In this document: piece after piece, positions 1-13,800 of the stretch
Numbering within the stretch: the stretch's first letter is position 1
How the letters are laid out: every line of letters starts with the position of its first letter
DNA from: Octopus sinensis
Lineage: Eukaryota
Assembly: GCF_006345805.1 (NCBI RefSeq)
Contig: NC_043025.1
Location: forward strand, 16,678,001-16,742,000
Length of the DNA: 64,000 nt
Reading direction: 5' to 3'
Position numbers and translations under genes: made by a program
The notes under the pieces: generated by a model
The model's input: the letters and a program-made list of their open reading frames with translations, nothing else
Database searches by the model: none
What the model was told of the DNA's origin: nothing

Positions 1-2961
1 GTATATTTACTATTCCTCTAAAACTTCTGAGATGACAAAGGAATTGTAATAGAAGATGAACAATGAATTTACCTTTCATTGTTGTGGGGTGGATACAATA
101 AAATTGCAGTAAAATTCTGGGGTACATTTAATATTCCTGTAGAACTTCTGAGATGCCAAGGCAATTTTATTAGAAGACTAACAGTAACTTTCAATTTCAT
201 TAGCAGTAAAAGGCAAATGTAATAGTCTTCTATTTCAATTCCCTCATCATCTCAGAAGTTTTAGAGGAATATTAAATCTACCACAGAATTTTACTGCTAC
301 TTTATTGTATGCACCCAACAACAATTAAAGGTAAAATTAATGTTTGTCTTCTATTACAATTCCTTTGGCATCTCAGAAGTTTTAGGGGAATATTAAATCT
401 ACCCCAGAATTTTACTGCTAATTTATTGTATCCACCGCACAACAATGCCCACAACAGTGAAAGGTAAAGTTACTGTTAGTCTTCTATTACAGTTCCCTTG
501 GTATCTCAAAAGTTTTAGAGGAATATTAAATCTACCCCAGAATTTTACTGCTAATTTATTGTATCCACCCCACAATAATGAAAGTTAAAGTTAATGTTAG
601 TCTTCTATTACGATTACAATGAAAGGTAAAGTTAATGTTAGTCTTCTATTACAATTGCATTGGAATCTCAGAAGCTTTACAGGAATATCAAATCAACCCC
701 AGAACTTTAATGCTAATTTATTGTATCCACCCAACAACAATGAAAGGTAAGGTTAATGTCAGTCTTCTATTACAATTACAATGAAAGTTAAAGTTACTGT
801 TACTCTTCTATTACAATTGACTTGGAATCTCAGAAGTTTTAGAGGAATATTAAATCTTTCCCAGAATTTTACTGCTATTTTATTGTATCCACCGCAAAAC
901 AAGGCCCACAACAATGAAAGGTAAAGTTACTGTTAGTCTTCTATTACGATTGCCTTGGCAACTCAGAAGTTTTCGAGGAATATCAAATCTACCCCAGAAT
1001 TTGACTCCTACTTTATTGTATCCACCCAACAAAAATGAGAGTTAAAATTAGTGTTAGTCTTCTATTATAATTCCCTTTGCATCTCAGAAGTTTTATAGGA
1101 ATATTAAATCTACCACAGAATTTTAATGCTATTTTATTGTATCCACCCCACAACAATGAAAGGTAAAGTTACTGTTAGTCTTCTATTACAATTCCCTTGT
1201 CATCTTAGAAGTTTTAGAGGAATATTAAATCTACCCCAGAATTTTACTGCCAAAGTTAATTTTAGTTTTCTATTACAATGGCCTTGGCTTCTCAGAAGTT
1301 TTACAGGATTATTAAATCTACCCCAGAATTTTACTGCTACTTTATTGGATCCACCCAACAAAAATGAAAGTTAAAATTAGTTTTAGTCTTCTATTATAAT
1401 TCCCTTGGAATCTCAGAAGTTTTAGAGGAATATTAAATCAATCCCAGAATTTTACTGCTACTTTATTGCATCGACCCAACAATAATGAAAGTGAAATTTA
1501 ATGTTAGATTTCTATTATAATTTCCTTGTCATCTCATAAGTTTAGAGGAATATTATATCTTCCTCCAGAATTTTGCTGCTACTTTATTGTATCCACTGCA
1601 TAACAATGAAAGGTAAAGTTCGTGTTAATCCTATATTATAATTCCCATGCCATCTCAGAAGTTTTAGAGAAATATTAAATCTACCCTAGAATTTTACTGC
1701 TAATTTATCATATACACCGAACAACAATGAAAAGTAATGTTAATGTTAGTCTTCTATTATAATTCCCTTGTCATCTCAGAAGTTTAGAGGAATATTAAAT
1801 CTACCCCAGGATTTTACTGCTAATAAAAGTTATAATTAATGTTTGTTTTCTATTACAATTGCCTTGGAATCTCAGATATTTTATAGGAATATTAAATCTA
1901 CCCCAGAATTTTACTGCTACTTTATTGTATCCACCCCACAACAATGAAAGCTAACGTTACTGTTAGTCTTCTTTTACAATTCCCTTGTCATCTCAGAAGT
2001 TTTAGAGGAATATTAAATCTACCCCAGGATTTTACTGCTAATAAATGTTATAATTAATGTTAGTCTTCTATTACAATTACAATGAAAGGTAAAGTTAGTG
2101 TTAGTCTTCTATTATAATTCCCTTGTCATCTCAGAAGTTTTAGAGAAACAATAAATCATTCCCAGAATTTTACTTCTAATTTATTGTATACACCCAACAA
2201 CAATGAAAGGTAAAGTTAATGTTAGTCTTCTATTACAATTGCCTTGGAATCTCAGATGTTTTACAGGATTATTAAATCTTTCCCAGAATTTTACTGCTAC
2301 TTTATTGTATCCACCCCACAACAATGAAAGCTAACGTTACTGTTAGTCTTCTTTTACAATTCCTTTGTCATCTCAGAAGTTTTAGAGGAATATTAAATCT
2401 ACCCCAGGATTTTACTGCTAATGAAAGTTAAAGTTAATGTTAGTCTTCTATTACGATTACAATGAAAGGCAAAGTTACTGTTAGTCTTCTATTACAATTC
2501 CCTTGGAATCTCAGAAGTTTAGAGGAATATTAAATCTACCCCAGAATTTTGCTGCTACTTTATTGTATCCACCCCACTCAATGAAAGGTAAAGTTAGTGT
2601 TTGTCTTCTATTATACTTCCCTTGTCATCTCAGAAGTTTTAGAGGAATATTAAATCTACTCCAGGATTTTACTGCTCATGAAAGTTAATGTTAGTCTTCT
2701 ATTACAATTACAATGAAAGTGAAGTTACTTTAGTCTTCTATTACAATTCCATTGGCATCTCAGAAGTTTTAGAGTAATATTAAATCAACCTCAGAATTTT
2801 ACTGCTAATTTATTGTATCCACCCCACAACAATGAAAGGTAAAGTTACTGTTTGGCTTCTGTTTACAATTCCCTTGTCATCCCAGAAGTTTTAGAGGAAT
2901 ATTAAATCTACCCCAGATTTTTACTGCTAATGAAAGTTAAATTAAATATTAGTCTTCTATT
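1..2961. repeat. Satellite A, ~120-bp monomer tandem array (runs off the left edge)
   Basis: Recurring unit TTTATTGTATCCACCCCACAACAATGAAAGGTAAAGTTACTGTTAGTCTTCTATTACAATTCCCTTGTCATCTCAGAAGTTTTAGAGGAATATTAAATCTACCCCAGAATTTTACTGCTA (a variant copy at 1921-2040 is 120 bp). 1-~211 is in reverse orientation. Shortened and partially duplicated monomers are present. Confidence 0.97.
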
Positions 2962-3377
2962 CATCCGAAGACCCGGCAAGACTAGTCAGGTTATAAATCA
3001 AACCAAAAGAAATCAAAATAGATGAACATCAATGGAATCTGTATCTTTGTGGTACCAGTGCCGGTGGTAGACAAGAAAACCATCCGAACGTGGCCGTAGC
3101 CAGTACAGCATCGACAGGCCTCCGTGCTGTGGGAACATAACAAACACCATCCGATCGTGGCCGTTCGCCAGCCTCATGTGGCACCTGTGTCGGTGGCACA
3201 TAAAATCACCCTCTACACTCTCAGAGTGGTTGGCGTTAGGAAGGGCATCAAGCTGTAGAAACACTGCCAGATCTGACTGGCCTGGTGCAGCCTTCGGGCT
3301 CCCCAGACCCCAGTTGAACCGTCCAACCCATGCTAGCATGGAAAGCGGACGTTAAATGATGATGATGATGATGATGA
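2962..3377 (+). mobile_element. 5'-truncated RTE-clade LINE 3' end with (TGA)n tail
   Basis: Begins with GAAGACCCGGCAAGAC, matching the last codons (EKTRQD) of the RTE ORF at 4357-4821. Shares the 3' UTR (GTTGGCGTTAGGAAGGGCATC...CATGCTAGCATGGAAAGCGGACGTTAAA) and ends in (GAT)n. Confidence 0.85.
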
Positions 3378-3802
3378 TAACAGATCACTAAATTTTTTGT
3401 TGTTTTTCATGTACACATTTGAAATATTTTGACATTTTCTAACCTGAAAACTTTTGAGGATTTAGTGATCTCTTGGATAAATATAAGCTTATTATCACTC
3501 ATATAGCTTATAGTTACCTAACAGATCACAAAATTTTTTTTTGTTTTTCAAGTACACATTTGAAATATTTTCACATTTTCTAACCTGAAAACTTTTGAGA
3601 ATTTAGTGATCTCTTGGATAAATATAAGCTTATTATCACTCAGTTAATTCATATTTACCTAACAGATCACTAAATTTTTTGTTGTTTTTCAAGTACACAT
3701 TTGAAATATTTTGACATTTTCTAACATGAAAACATTTGAGAATTTAGTGATCTCTTGGATAAATATAAGCTTATTATCACTCAGTTGATTTATATTTACC
3801 TA

Positions 3803-4821
3803 TCATCATCATCATCATCATTATTTAGCATCCGTTTTCCATGCTAGCATGGATTGGACGGTTTAACTGGGGTCTGTGAAGCCTGAAGGCTTCATCAGGC
3901 CCAGTCAGATTTGGCAGTGTTTCTATGGCTGGATGCCCTTCCTAACGCCAACCACACCGCGAGTGTAGTGGGTGTTTTTTACGTGCCACCTTCACAAGTG
4001 CAAGACAGAGCTGGCACAACGGCCACGAACGGATGGTGCTTTTACGTGTCACCGGCACGGGGCCAGCCGAGGCTGGCAACGAACACGAGCGAATGGTGCT
4101 TTTACATGCCACCAACACGGGGCCAGACAGAGCTGGCAAACGGCCATGAACGGACGGTGCTTTTACGTGTCACCGGCACGGGGCCAGCCGAGGCTGGCAA
4201 CTAACACATGCGGATGGTGCTTTTACGTGTCACCGACACGGGGCCAGACAGAGCTGGCAAACGGCCACGAGCGAATGGTGCTTTTATGTATCATCGACAC
4301 GGGTGCCAGACGAGGCTGGCAGCAGACACGTATATATGATTTGATTTTGATTGTTCTCACTGGTCTTGCCGGGTCTTCTCAAGCACAGCATACTTCCACA
4401 GGTCTCGGTCTCTGGTCATTTCCTTGGTGAGACCTAGAGTTCGAAGGTCGTGTTTCACCACCTCGACCCAGGTTTTCCTGGGTCTACCTCTTCCACAGGT
4501 CCCCTCAACTGCCAGGGTGTGGCACTTTTTCACACACCTATCTTCATCCATTCTCGCCACATGACCATACCAGCACAAACGTCTCTCTTGCACACAACAT
4601 CTGATGCCTCTTAGGTCCAACTTTTCTCTCAAGGTACTTACACTCTGTCGACTATGAACACTGACATTACACATCCAACGGAGCATACTAGCTTCATTTC
4701 TTCCGAGCTTACGTAAATCATCAGCAGTCACAGCACAAGTTTCACTACCATGTAGCATGGCTCTACGTACACATGCATCATAGAGACTGCCTTTTAATTT
4801 GAGCGAGAGGCCTTTTGTCAC
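3803..4821 (-). mobile_element. 5'-truncated RTE-clade LINE (ORF C-terminus, 3' UTR, (TGA)n tail)
   Basis: ORF 4357-~4821 reads ...MLHGSETC...EASMLRWMCNV...RRLCWYGHVARMDEDRCVKK...GRGRPRKTW...DRDLWK, the post-RT region typical of RTE elements. (TCA)n at 3803-3822 is the tail on the minus strand. Confidence 0.92.
3970..4330 (-). repeat. ~60-bp tandem repeat inside the RTE 3' UTR, alternating two variants (~121-bp dimer)
   Basis: GGTGCTTTTAC anchors at ~4035, 4095, 4156, 4216 and 4277; GCCAGCCGAGGCTGGCAA alternates with GCCAGACAGAGCTGGCAA. Confidence 0.85.
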
Positions 4822-7800
4822 CATAAATTTTTTGTTGTTTTTCAATTACACATTTGAAATATTTTGACATTTTCTAACCTGAAAACTTTTGAGAATTTAG
4901 TGATCTCTTGGATAAGTATAAGCTTATTATCTCTCATATAGCTTACATTTACCTAACAGACCACAAAAATCTTTGTTGTTTTTCAAGTACACATTTGATA
5001 TAATTTGACATTTTCTAACCTGAAAACTTTTGAGAATTTAGTGATCTCTTGGATAAATATAAGCTTATTATCACTCAGTTAATTTATATTTACCTAACAG
5101 ATCACAAAATTTTTTGTTCTTTTCAACTACACATTTGAAATATTTTGACATTTTCTAACCTGAAAACTTTTGAGAATTTAGTGATCTCTTGGATAAATAT
5201 AAGCTTATTATCAATCAGATAACTTATATTTACCTAACAGACCACAAAAATCTTTGTTGTTTTTCAAGTACACATTTGACATAATTTGACATTTTCTAAC
5301 CTGAAAACTTTTGAGAATTTAGTGATCTCTTGGATAAATATAAGCTTATTATCACTCAGTTATTATTAATCAGATAACTTATATTTACCTAACAGACCAC
5401 AAAATTCTTTGTTGTTTTTCAAGTACACATTTGAAATATTTTGACATTTTCTAACCTGAAAACATTTGAGAATTTAGCGATCTCTTGGATATCTATGAGC
5501 TTATTATCACTCAGTTAATTTATATTTACCTAACAGTTCACTAAATTTTTTGTTGATTTTCAAGTACACATTTGAAATATTTTGACATTTTCTAACCTGA
5601 AAACTTTTGAGAATTTAGTGATCTCTTTGATAAATATAAGATTATTATCACTCAGTTAATTTATACTTACCTAACAGATCACTAAATTTTTTGTTGTTTT
5701 TCAAGTACACATTTGCAATATTTTGACATTTTCAATCCTGAAAACTTTTGAGAATTCAGTATTCTCTTGGATAAATATAAGCTTATTAACACACAGTAAT
5801 TTTATTTTTAAATAACAGATCACTCAATTTTTTGCTGTTTTTCAAGTACACATTTGAAATATTTTGACATTTTCTAACCTGAAAACTTTTGAGAATTTAG
5901 TGATCTCTTGGGTAAATATAAGCTTATTATCTTTCAGTTAATTAATATTTACCAAACAGATCACAAAATTTTTTGTTGTTCTTGAAGTACACATTTGCAA
6001 TATTTTGACATTTTCTAACCTGAAAACTTTTGAGAATTCAGTATTCTCTTGGATAAATATAAGCTTATTATCACTCAGTTAATTTATATTTACCTAACAG
6101 ATCACAAAATTCTTTGTTGTTTTTCAACTACACATTTGAAATATTATGACATTTTCTAACCTGAAAACTTTTGAGAATTTAGTGATCTCTTGGATGAATA
6201 TATGCTTATTATCACACAGTTAATTTATATTTACCTAACAGATCACTAAATTTTTTTTTGTTTTTCAAGTACACATTTGAAATATTTTGACATTTTCTAA
6301 ACTGAAAACTTTTGAGAATTAGTGATCTCTTGGATAAATATAAGCTTATTATCACTCAGTTAATTGATATTTACCTAACAGATCACAAAATTCTTTGTTG
6401 TTTTTCAACTACACATTTGAAATATTATGACATTTTCTAACCTGAAAACTTTTGAGAATTTAGTGATCTCTTGGATGAATATATGCTTATTATCACACAG
6501 TTAATTTATATTTACCTAACAGATCACAAAATTTTTTTTTGTTTTTCAAGTACACATTTGAAATATTTTGACATTTTCTAAACTGAAAACTTTTGAGAAT
6601 TAGTGATCTCTTGGATAAATATAAGCTTATTATCACTCAGTTAATTGATATTTACCTAACAGATCACAAAATTCTTTGTTGTTTTTCAAGTACACATTTG
6701 AAATATTTTGACGTTTTCAAACCGGAAAAGTTTTGAGAATTTAGTGATCTCTTGGATAAATATAAGCTTATTATCACTCAGTTAATTTATATTTACCTAA
6801 CAGATCACAAAATTTATTGTTGTTTTTCAGGTACACATTTGAAATACTTTGACATTTTCGAACCTGAAAACTTTGGAGAATTTAGTGATCTCTTGGATGA
6901 ATATAAGCTTATTATCACTCTTATAGCTTATATTGACCTAACAGATCACAAAATTTTCTGTTGTTTTTCAAGTGCACGTCTGAAATATTTTGACATTTTC
7001 TAACCTGAAAACTTTTCAGAATTTAGTGATCGCTTGGATAAATATAAGCTTATTATCAAACAGTTAATTTATATTTAACTAACAGATCACAAAATTTTTT
7101 GTTGTTTTTCAGGTACACATACGAATTATTTTGACATTTTCTAACCTGAAAACTTTGGAGAATTTAGTGATCTCTTGGATGAATATATGCTTATTATCAC
7201 ACAGTTAATTCATATTTACCTAACAGATTACTAAATTTTTTTTTGTTATACAAGTACACATTTGAAATATTTTGACATTTTCTAACCTGAAAACATTTGA
7301 GAATTTAGTGATCTCTTTGATAAATATATGCTTATTATCACTCAGTTAATTTATATTTACCTAACAGATCACTAAATTTTTTGTTGTTTTTCATGTACAC
7401 ATTTGCAATATTTTGACATTTTCTAACCTGAAAACTTTTGAGAATTCAGTATTCTCTTGCAAAAATATAAGCGTATTAAGACTCAGTTATTTTATTTTTA
7501 AATAACAGATCACTTAATTTTTTGTTGTTTTTCAAGTAAATATTTGAAATATTTTGACTTTTTCTAACCTGAAAACATTTGAGAATTTAGTGATCTCTTG
7601 GATAAACATAAGCTTATTATCACTCAGTTAATTTATATTTACCTAACAGATCACTAAATTGTTTGTTGTTTTTCAAGTACACATCTGAAATATTTTCACA
7701 TTATCTAACCTGAAAACTTTTGAGAATTTAGTGTTCTCTTGGATAAATATAAGCTTATTATCACTCAGTTAATTTATATTTACCTAACAGATCACAAAAT

Positions 7801-10800
7801 TTTTTGTTGTTTTTCAAGTACACATTTGAAATATTTTGACATTTTCTAAGCTGAAAACTTTTGAGATTTAGAGATCTCTTGGAGAAATATAAGCTTATAA
7901 TCAATCATATAGCTTATATTTACCTAACAGATCACAAAATTTTTTTTTGTTTTTCAAGTACACATTTGAAATATTTTCACATTCTCTAACCTGAAAAATT
8001 TCGAGAATATAGTGATCTCTTGGATAAATATAAGCTTATTATCACTCAGTTAATTTATATTTACCTAACAGATCACAAAATTTATTGTTGTTTTTCAGGT
8101 ACACATTCGAAATATTTTGACATTTTCGAACCTGAAAACTTTGGAGAATTTAGTGATCTCTTGGATGAATATAAGCTTATTATCACTCTTATAGCTTATA
8201 TTGACCTAACAGATCACAAAATTTTCTGTTGTTTTTCAAGTGCACGTCTGAAATATTTTGACATTTTCTAAACTGAAAACTTTTCAGAATTTAGTGATCG
8301 CTTGGATAAATATAAGCTTATTATCACACAGTTAATTTATATTTAACTAACAGATCACAAAATTTTTTGTTGTTTTTCAGGTACACATACGAAATATTTT
8401 GACATTTTCTAACCTGAAAACTTTGGAGAATTTAGTGATCTCTTGGATGAATATATGCTTATTATCACACAGTTAATTCATATTTACCTAACAGATCACT
8501 AAATTTTTTTTTGTTATACAAGTACACATTTGAAATATTTTGACATTTTCTAACCTGAAAACTTTTGAGAATTCAGTATTCTCTTGCAAAAATATAAGCG
8601 TATTAAGACTCAGTTATTTTATTTTTAAATAACAGATCACTTAATTTTTTGTTGTTTTTCAAGTAAACATTTGAAATATTTTGACTTTTTCTAACCTGAA
8701 AACTATCGAGAATATAGTGATCTCTTGGATAAATAAAAGCTTATTATCACTCAGTTAATTTATATTTACTCAACAGATCACAATTTTTTTGTTGTTTTTC
8801 AAGTACACATATGAAATATTTTGACATTTTCTAACCTGAAAACATTTGAGAATTTAGTGATCTTTTGGATAAATATAAGCTTATTATCACTCATATAGCA
8901 TATATTTACCTAAAAGATCACAAAATTTTTTTTGTTTTTCAAGTACACATTTGAAATATTTTGACATTTTCAAACCTGAAAACTTTTGAGAATTTAGTGA
9001 TCTCTTGGATAAATATAAGCTTATTATCACTCATATAGCTTATATTTACCTAACAGATCACAACATTTTTTTTTGTTTTTCAAGTACACATTTGAAATAT
9101 TTTGACAATTTCTAACCTGAAAACTTTTGAGAATTTGTGATCTCTTGGATAAATATAAGCTTATTATCACTCATATAGCTTATATTTACCTAACAGATCA
9201 CAAAATTTTTTTTTGTTTTTCAAGTACACATTTGAAATATTTTGACATTTTCTAACCTGAAAACTTTTGAGAATTTAGTGATCTTTTGGATAAATATAAG
9301 CTTATTATCACTCATATAGCATATATTTACCTAAAAGATCACAAAATTTTTTTTTGTTTTTCAAGTACACATTTGAAATATTTTGACATTTTCAAACATG
9401 AAAACTTTTGAGAATTTAGTGATCTCTTGGATAAATATAAGCTTATTATCACTCATATAGCTTATATTTACCTAACAGATCACAACATTTTTTTTTGTTT
9501 TTCAAGTACACATTTGAAATATTTTGACAATTTCTAACCTGAAAACTTTTGAGAAATTGTGATCTCTTGGATAAATATAAGCTTATTATCACTCATATAG
9601 CTTATATTTACCTAACAGACAACAAAATTTTATTTTTGATTTTCAAGAACACATTTGAAATATTTTGACATTTTCTAACCTGAAAACTTTTGAGAATTTA
9701 GGGAACTCTTGTATAAATATAAGCTTATTATCACTTATATAGCCTATATTTACCTAACAGATCACAAAATTTCTTCTTGATTTTTAAGTACACATTTGAA
9801 ATATTTTGACATTTTCTAACCTGAAAACGTTTGAGAATTTAGTGATCTTTTGGATAAATATAAGATTATTATCACTCATATAGCTTATATTTACCTAACA
9901 GATCACAAAATTTGTTTTTGTTTTTCAAGTACACATTTGAAATATTTTGACAATTTGAAACCTGAAAACTTTTGAGAATTTAGTGATCTCTTGGATAAAT
10001 ATAAGCTTATTATCACTCATATAGCTTATATTTACCTAACAGTTCAAAAAATCTTTTTTTTTTTTAAGTACACATTTGAAATATTTTGACATTTTCTAAC
10101 CTGAAAACTTTTGAGAATTTAGTTATCTCTTGGATAAATATAAGCTTATTATCACTCATATAGCTAAGAGATTAAAAAATTTTTTTTTTTTTTTAAGTAC
10201 ACATTTGAAATATTTTGACATTTTCTAAACTGAAAACTTTTGAGTATTTAGGGAACTCTTGGATAAATATAAGATTATTATCACTCATATAGCTTATATT
10301 TACCTAACAGATCACAAAATTTCTTTTTATTTTTCAAGTACACATTTGAAATATTTTGACATTTTCTAATCTGAAAACTTTTTAGAATTTAGTGATCTCT
10401 TGGATAAATATAAGATTATTATCACTCATATAGCTTATATTTACCTAACAGAACACAAAATTTCTTTTTGTTTTTGAAGTACAGATTTGAAATATTTTGA
10501 CATTTTCTAACCTGAAAACTTTTGAGAATGTAGTGATCTCTTGGATAATATAAGATTATTATCACTAATATAGCTTATATTTACCTAACAGATCACAAAA
10601 TTTCTTTTTGTTTTTCAAGTACAGATTTGAAATATATTGACAATTTCTAACCTGAAAACTTTTGAGAATTTAGTGATCTCTTGGATAAATATAAGCTTAT
10701 TATCACTCATATAGCTTATATTTACCTAACAGATCACAAAATTTTTTTTTCTTTTTCAAGTACACATTTGAAATATTTTGACATTTTCTAACCTGAAAAC

Positions 10801-13800
10801 TTTTGAGAATTTAGTGATGTCTTGGATAAATATAAGCTTATTATCACTCATATAGCTTATATTTACCTAACAGATCACAAAATTTCTTTTGGTTTTTCAA
10901 GTACACATTTGAAATATTTTGACAATTTCTAACCTGAAAACTTTTGAGAATTTAGTGATCTCTTGGATAAATATTACCATATTATCACTCATATAGCTTA
11001 TATTTACCTAACAGATCACAAAATTTTTTTTTCTTTTTCAAGTACACATTTGAAATATTTTGACATTTTCTAACCTGAAAACTTTTGAGAATTTAGTGAT
11101 CTCTTGGATAAATATAAGCTTATTATCACTCATATAGCTTATATTTAACTAACAGATCACAAAATTTCTTTAGGTTTTTCAAGTACACATTTGAAATATT
11201 TTGACAATTTCTAACCTGAAAACTTTTGAGAATTTAGTGATCTCTTGGATAAATATTAGCTTATTATCACTCATATATATTATAGTTACCTAACAGACAA
11301 CACATTTTTTTTTTTTTTCAAGTACACATTTGAAATATTTTGACATTTTCTAACCTGAAAACATTTGAGAATTTAGTGATCTCTTGGATAAATATAAGCT
11401 TATTATCACTCATATAGCTTATATTTACCTAACAGATCAAAAAATTTTTTTTCGTTTTTCAAGTACACCTTTCAAATATTTTGACATTTTCTAACATGAA
11501 AACGTTTGAGAATTTAGTGATCTGTTGGATAAATATAAGCTTATTATCACTCATATAGCATATATTTACCTAACAGATCACAAAATTTGTTTTTGATTTT
11601 CAAGTACACATTTGAAATATTTTGACATTTTCTAACCTGAAAACATTTGAGAATTTAGTGATCTTTTGGATAAATATAAGCTTATTATCACTCATATAGC
11701 TTATATTTACCTGACAGATCACAAAATTTCTTTTTGTTTTTCAAGTACACATTTGAAATATTTTGACAATTTGAAACCATAAAACTTTTGAGAATTTAGT
11801 GATCTCTTGGATAAATATAAGCTTATTATCACTCATAGAGCTTATATTTACCTAACAGATCACAAAATTTCTTTTTGTTTTTCAAGTACACATTTGAAAT
11901 ATTTTCACATTTCCTAACCTGAAAACTTTTGAGAATTTAGTGATCTGTTGGATAAATATAAGCTTATTATCACTCATATAGCTTATATTTACCTAACAGA
12001 ACACAAAATTTCTTTTTGTTTTTCAAGTACACATTTGAAATATTTTGACATTTTCTAACCTGAAAACTTTTGAGAATTTAGTGATCTCTTGGATAAATAT
12101 AAGCTAACTACCACTCATATAGCTTATATTTACCTAACAGTTCACAAAATTTCTTTTTGTTTTTCAAGTACACATTTGAAATATTTTGACAATTTCTAAC
12201 CTGAAAACTTTTGAGAATTTTGTGATTTCTTGGATAAATATTAGCTTATTATCACTCATATAGCTTTTAGTTACCTAACAGATAATAAAATTTTTTTTTT
12301 TTTTTAAGTACACATTTGAAATATTTTGACATTTTAAACCTGAAAACTTTTGAGAATTTAGTGATCTCTTGGATAAATATAAGCTTATTATCACTCATAG
12401 AGCTTATATTTACCTAACGGATCAGAAAATTATTTTTTGTTTTTCAAGTACACATATGAAATATTTTGACATTTTCTAACCTGAAAACTTTTGAGAATTT
12501 AGTGACCTGTTGGATAAATATAAGCTTTTTATCACTCAGTTAATTTATATCTACCTAACAGATCAGAAAATTTTTTGTTATTTTTCAAGTGCACATTTGA
12601 AATATTTTGACATTTTCTAAGCTGAAAACTTTTGAGAATTTAGTGATCTCTTGGATAAATATAAGCTTATCATCACTCAAATCGCTTATATTTACCAAAC
12701 AGATCACAAAATTTATTGTTGGTATTTTCAGGTACACATTCGAGATATTTTGACATTTTCTAACCTGAAATCTTTGGAGAATTTAGTGATCTCTTGGATG
12801 AATATAAGCTTATTATCACTCTTAGAGCTTATATCGACATAACAGATCACAAAATTTTTTGTTTATTTTCAGGTACACATACGAAATATTTTGTCATTTT
12901 CTAACCTGAAAACATTTGAGAATTTAGTGATCTCTTGGATGAATATATGCTTATTATCACACAGTTAATTTATATTTACCTAACAGATCACTAAATTTCT
13001 TTTTCTTTTTCAAGTACAGATTTGAAATATTTTGACATTTTCTAACCTGAAAACCTTTGAGAATTTAGTGATCTCTTTGATAAATATATGCTTATTATCA
13101 TTAAGTTATTTTATTTTTAAATAACAGATCACTTAATTTTTTGTTGTTTTTCAAGTACACATGTGAAATATTTTCACATTTTCTAACCTGAAAACTTTTG
13201 AGAATTTAGTGATGCTTGGATAAATAAAAACTTATTATCAATCAGTTACCTAACAGATCAAAAAATTTTTTGTTGTTTTTCAAGTACACATTTGAAATAT
13301 TTTGACATTTAGAACCTGAAAACTTTTGAGAATTTAGTGATCTCTCGGATAAATATATGCTTATTATCACTTAGTTAATTTATATTTACCCAACAGATCA
13401 CAATTTTTTTTTTGTTTTTCAAGTACACAAATGAAATATTTTGACATTTTCTAAGCTGAAAACTATTGAGAATTTAGTGATCTGTTGGATTAATATAAGC
13501 TTATTATCACTCATATAGCTTATAATTACTTAACAGACAACAAAATTTTTTTTTGTTTTTCAAGTACACATTTGAAATATTTTGACATTTTCTAACCTGA
13601 AAACTTTTTAGAATTTAGTGATCTCTTGGATAAAAATAAGCTTATTATCACTGAGTTAATTTATATTTACCTATGAGACCACAAAATTTTTTTTTGTTTT
13701 TCAAGTACACATTTGATATATTTTGACATTTTCTAACCTGAAAACTTTTGAGAATTTAGTGATCTCTTGGATAAATATAAGCTTATTATCACTCATATAG

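Noticed and set aside
4357-4845. 162-aa ORF as an intact gene or satellite-LINE fusion protein
   Set aside because: It is a truncated RTE C-terminus. The first residues (MKNNKKF) come from flanking satellite, and the RT and endonuclease domains are absent.
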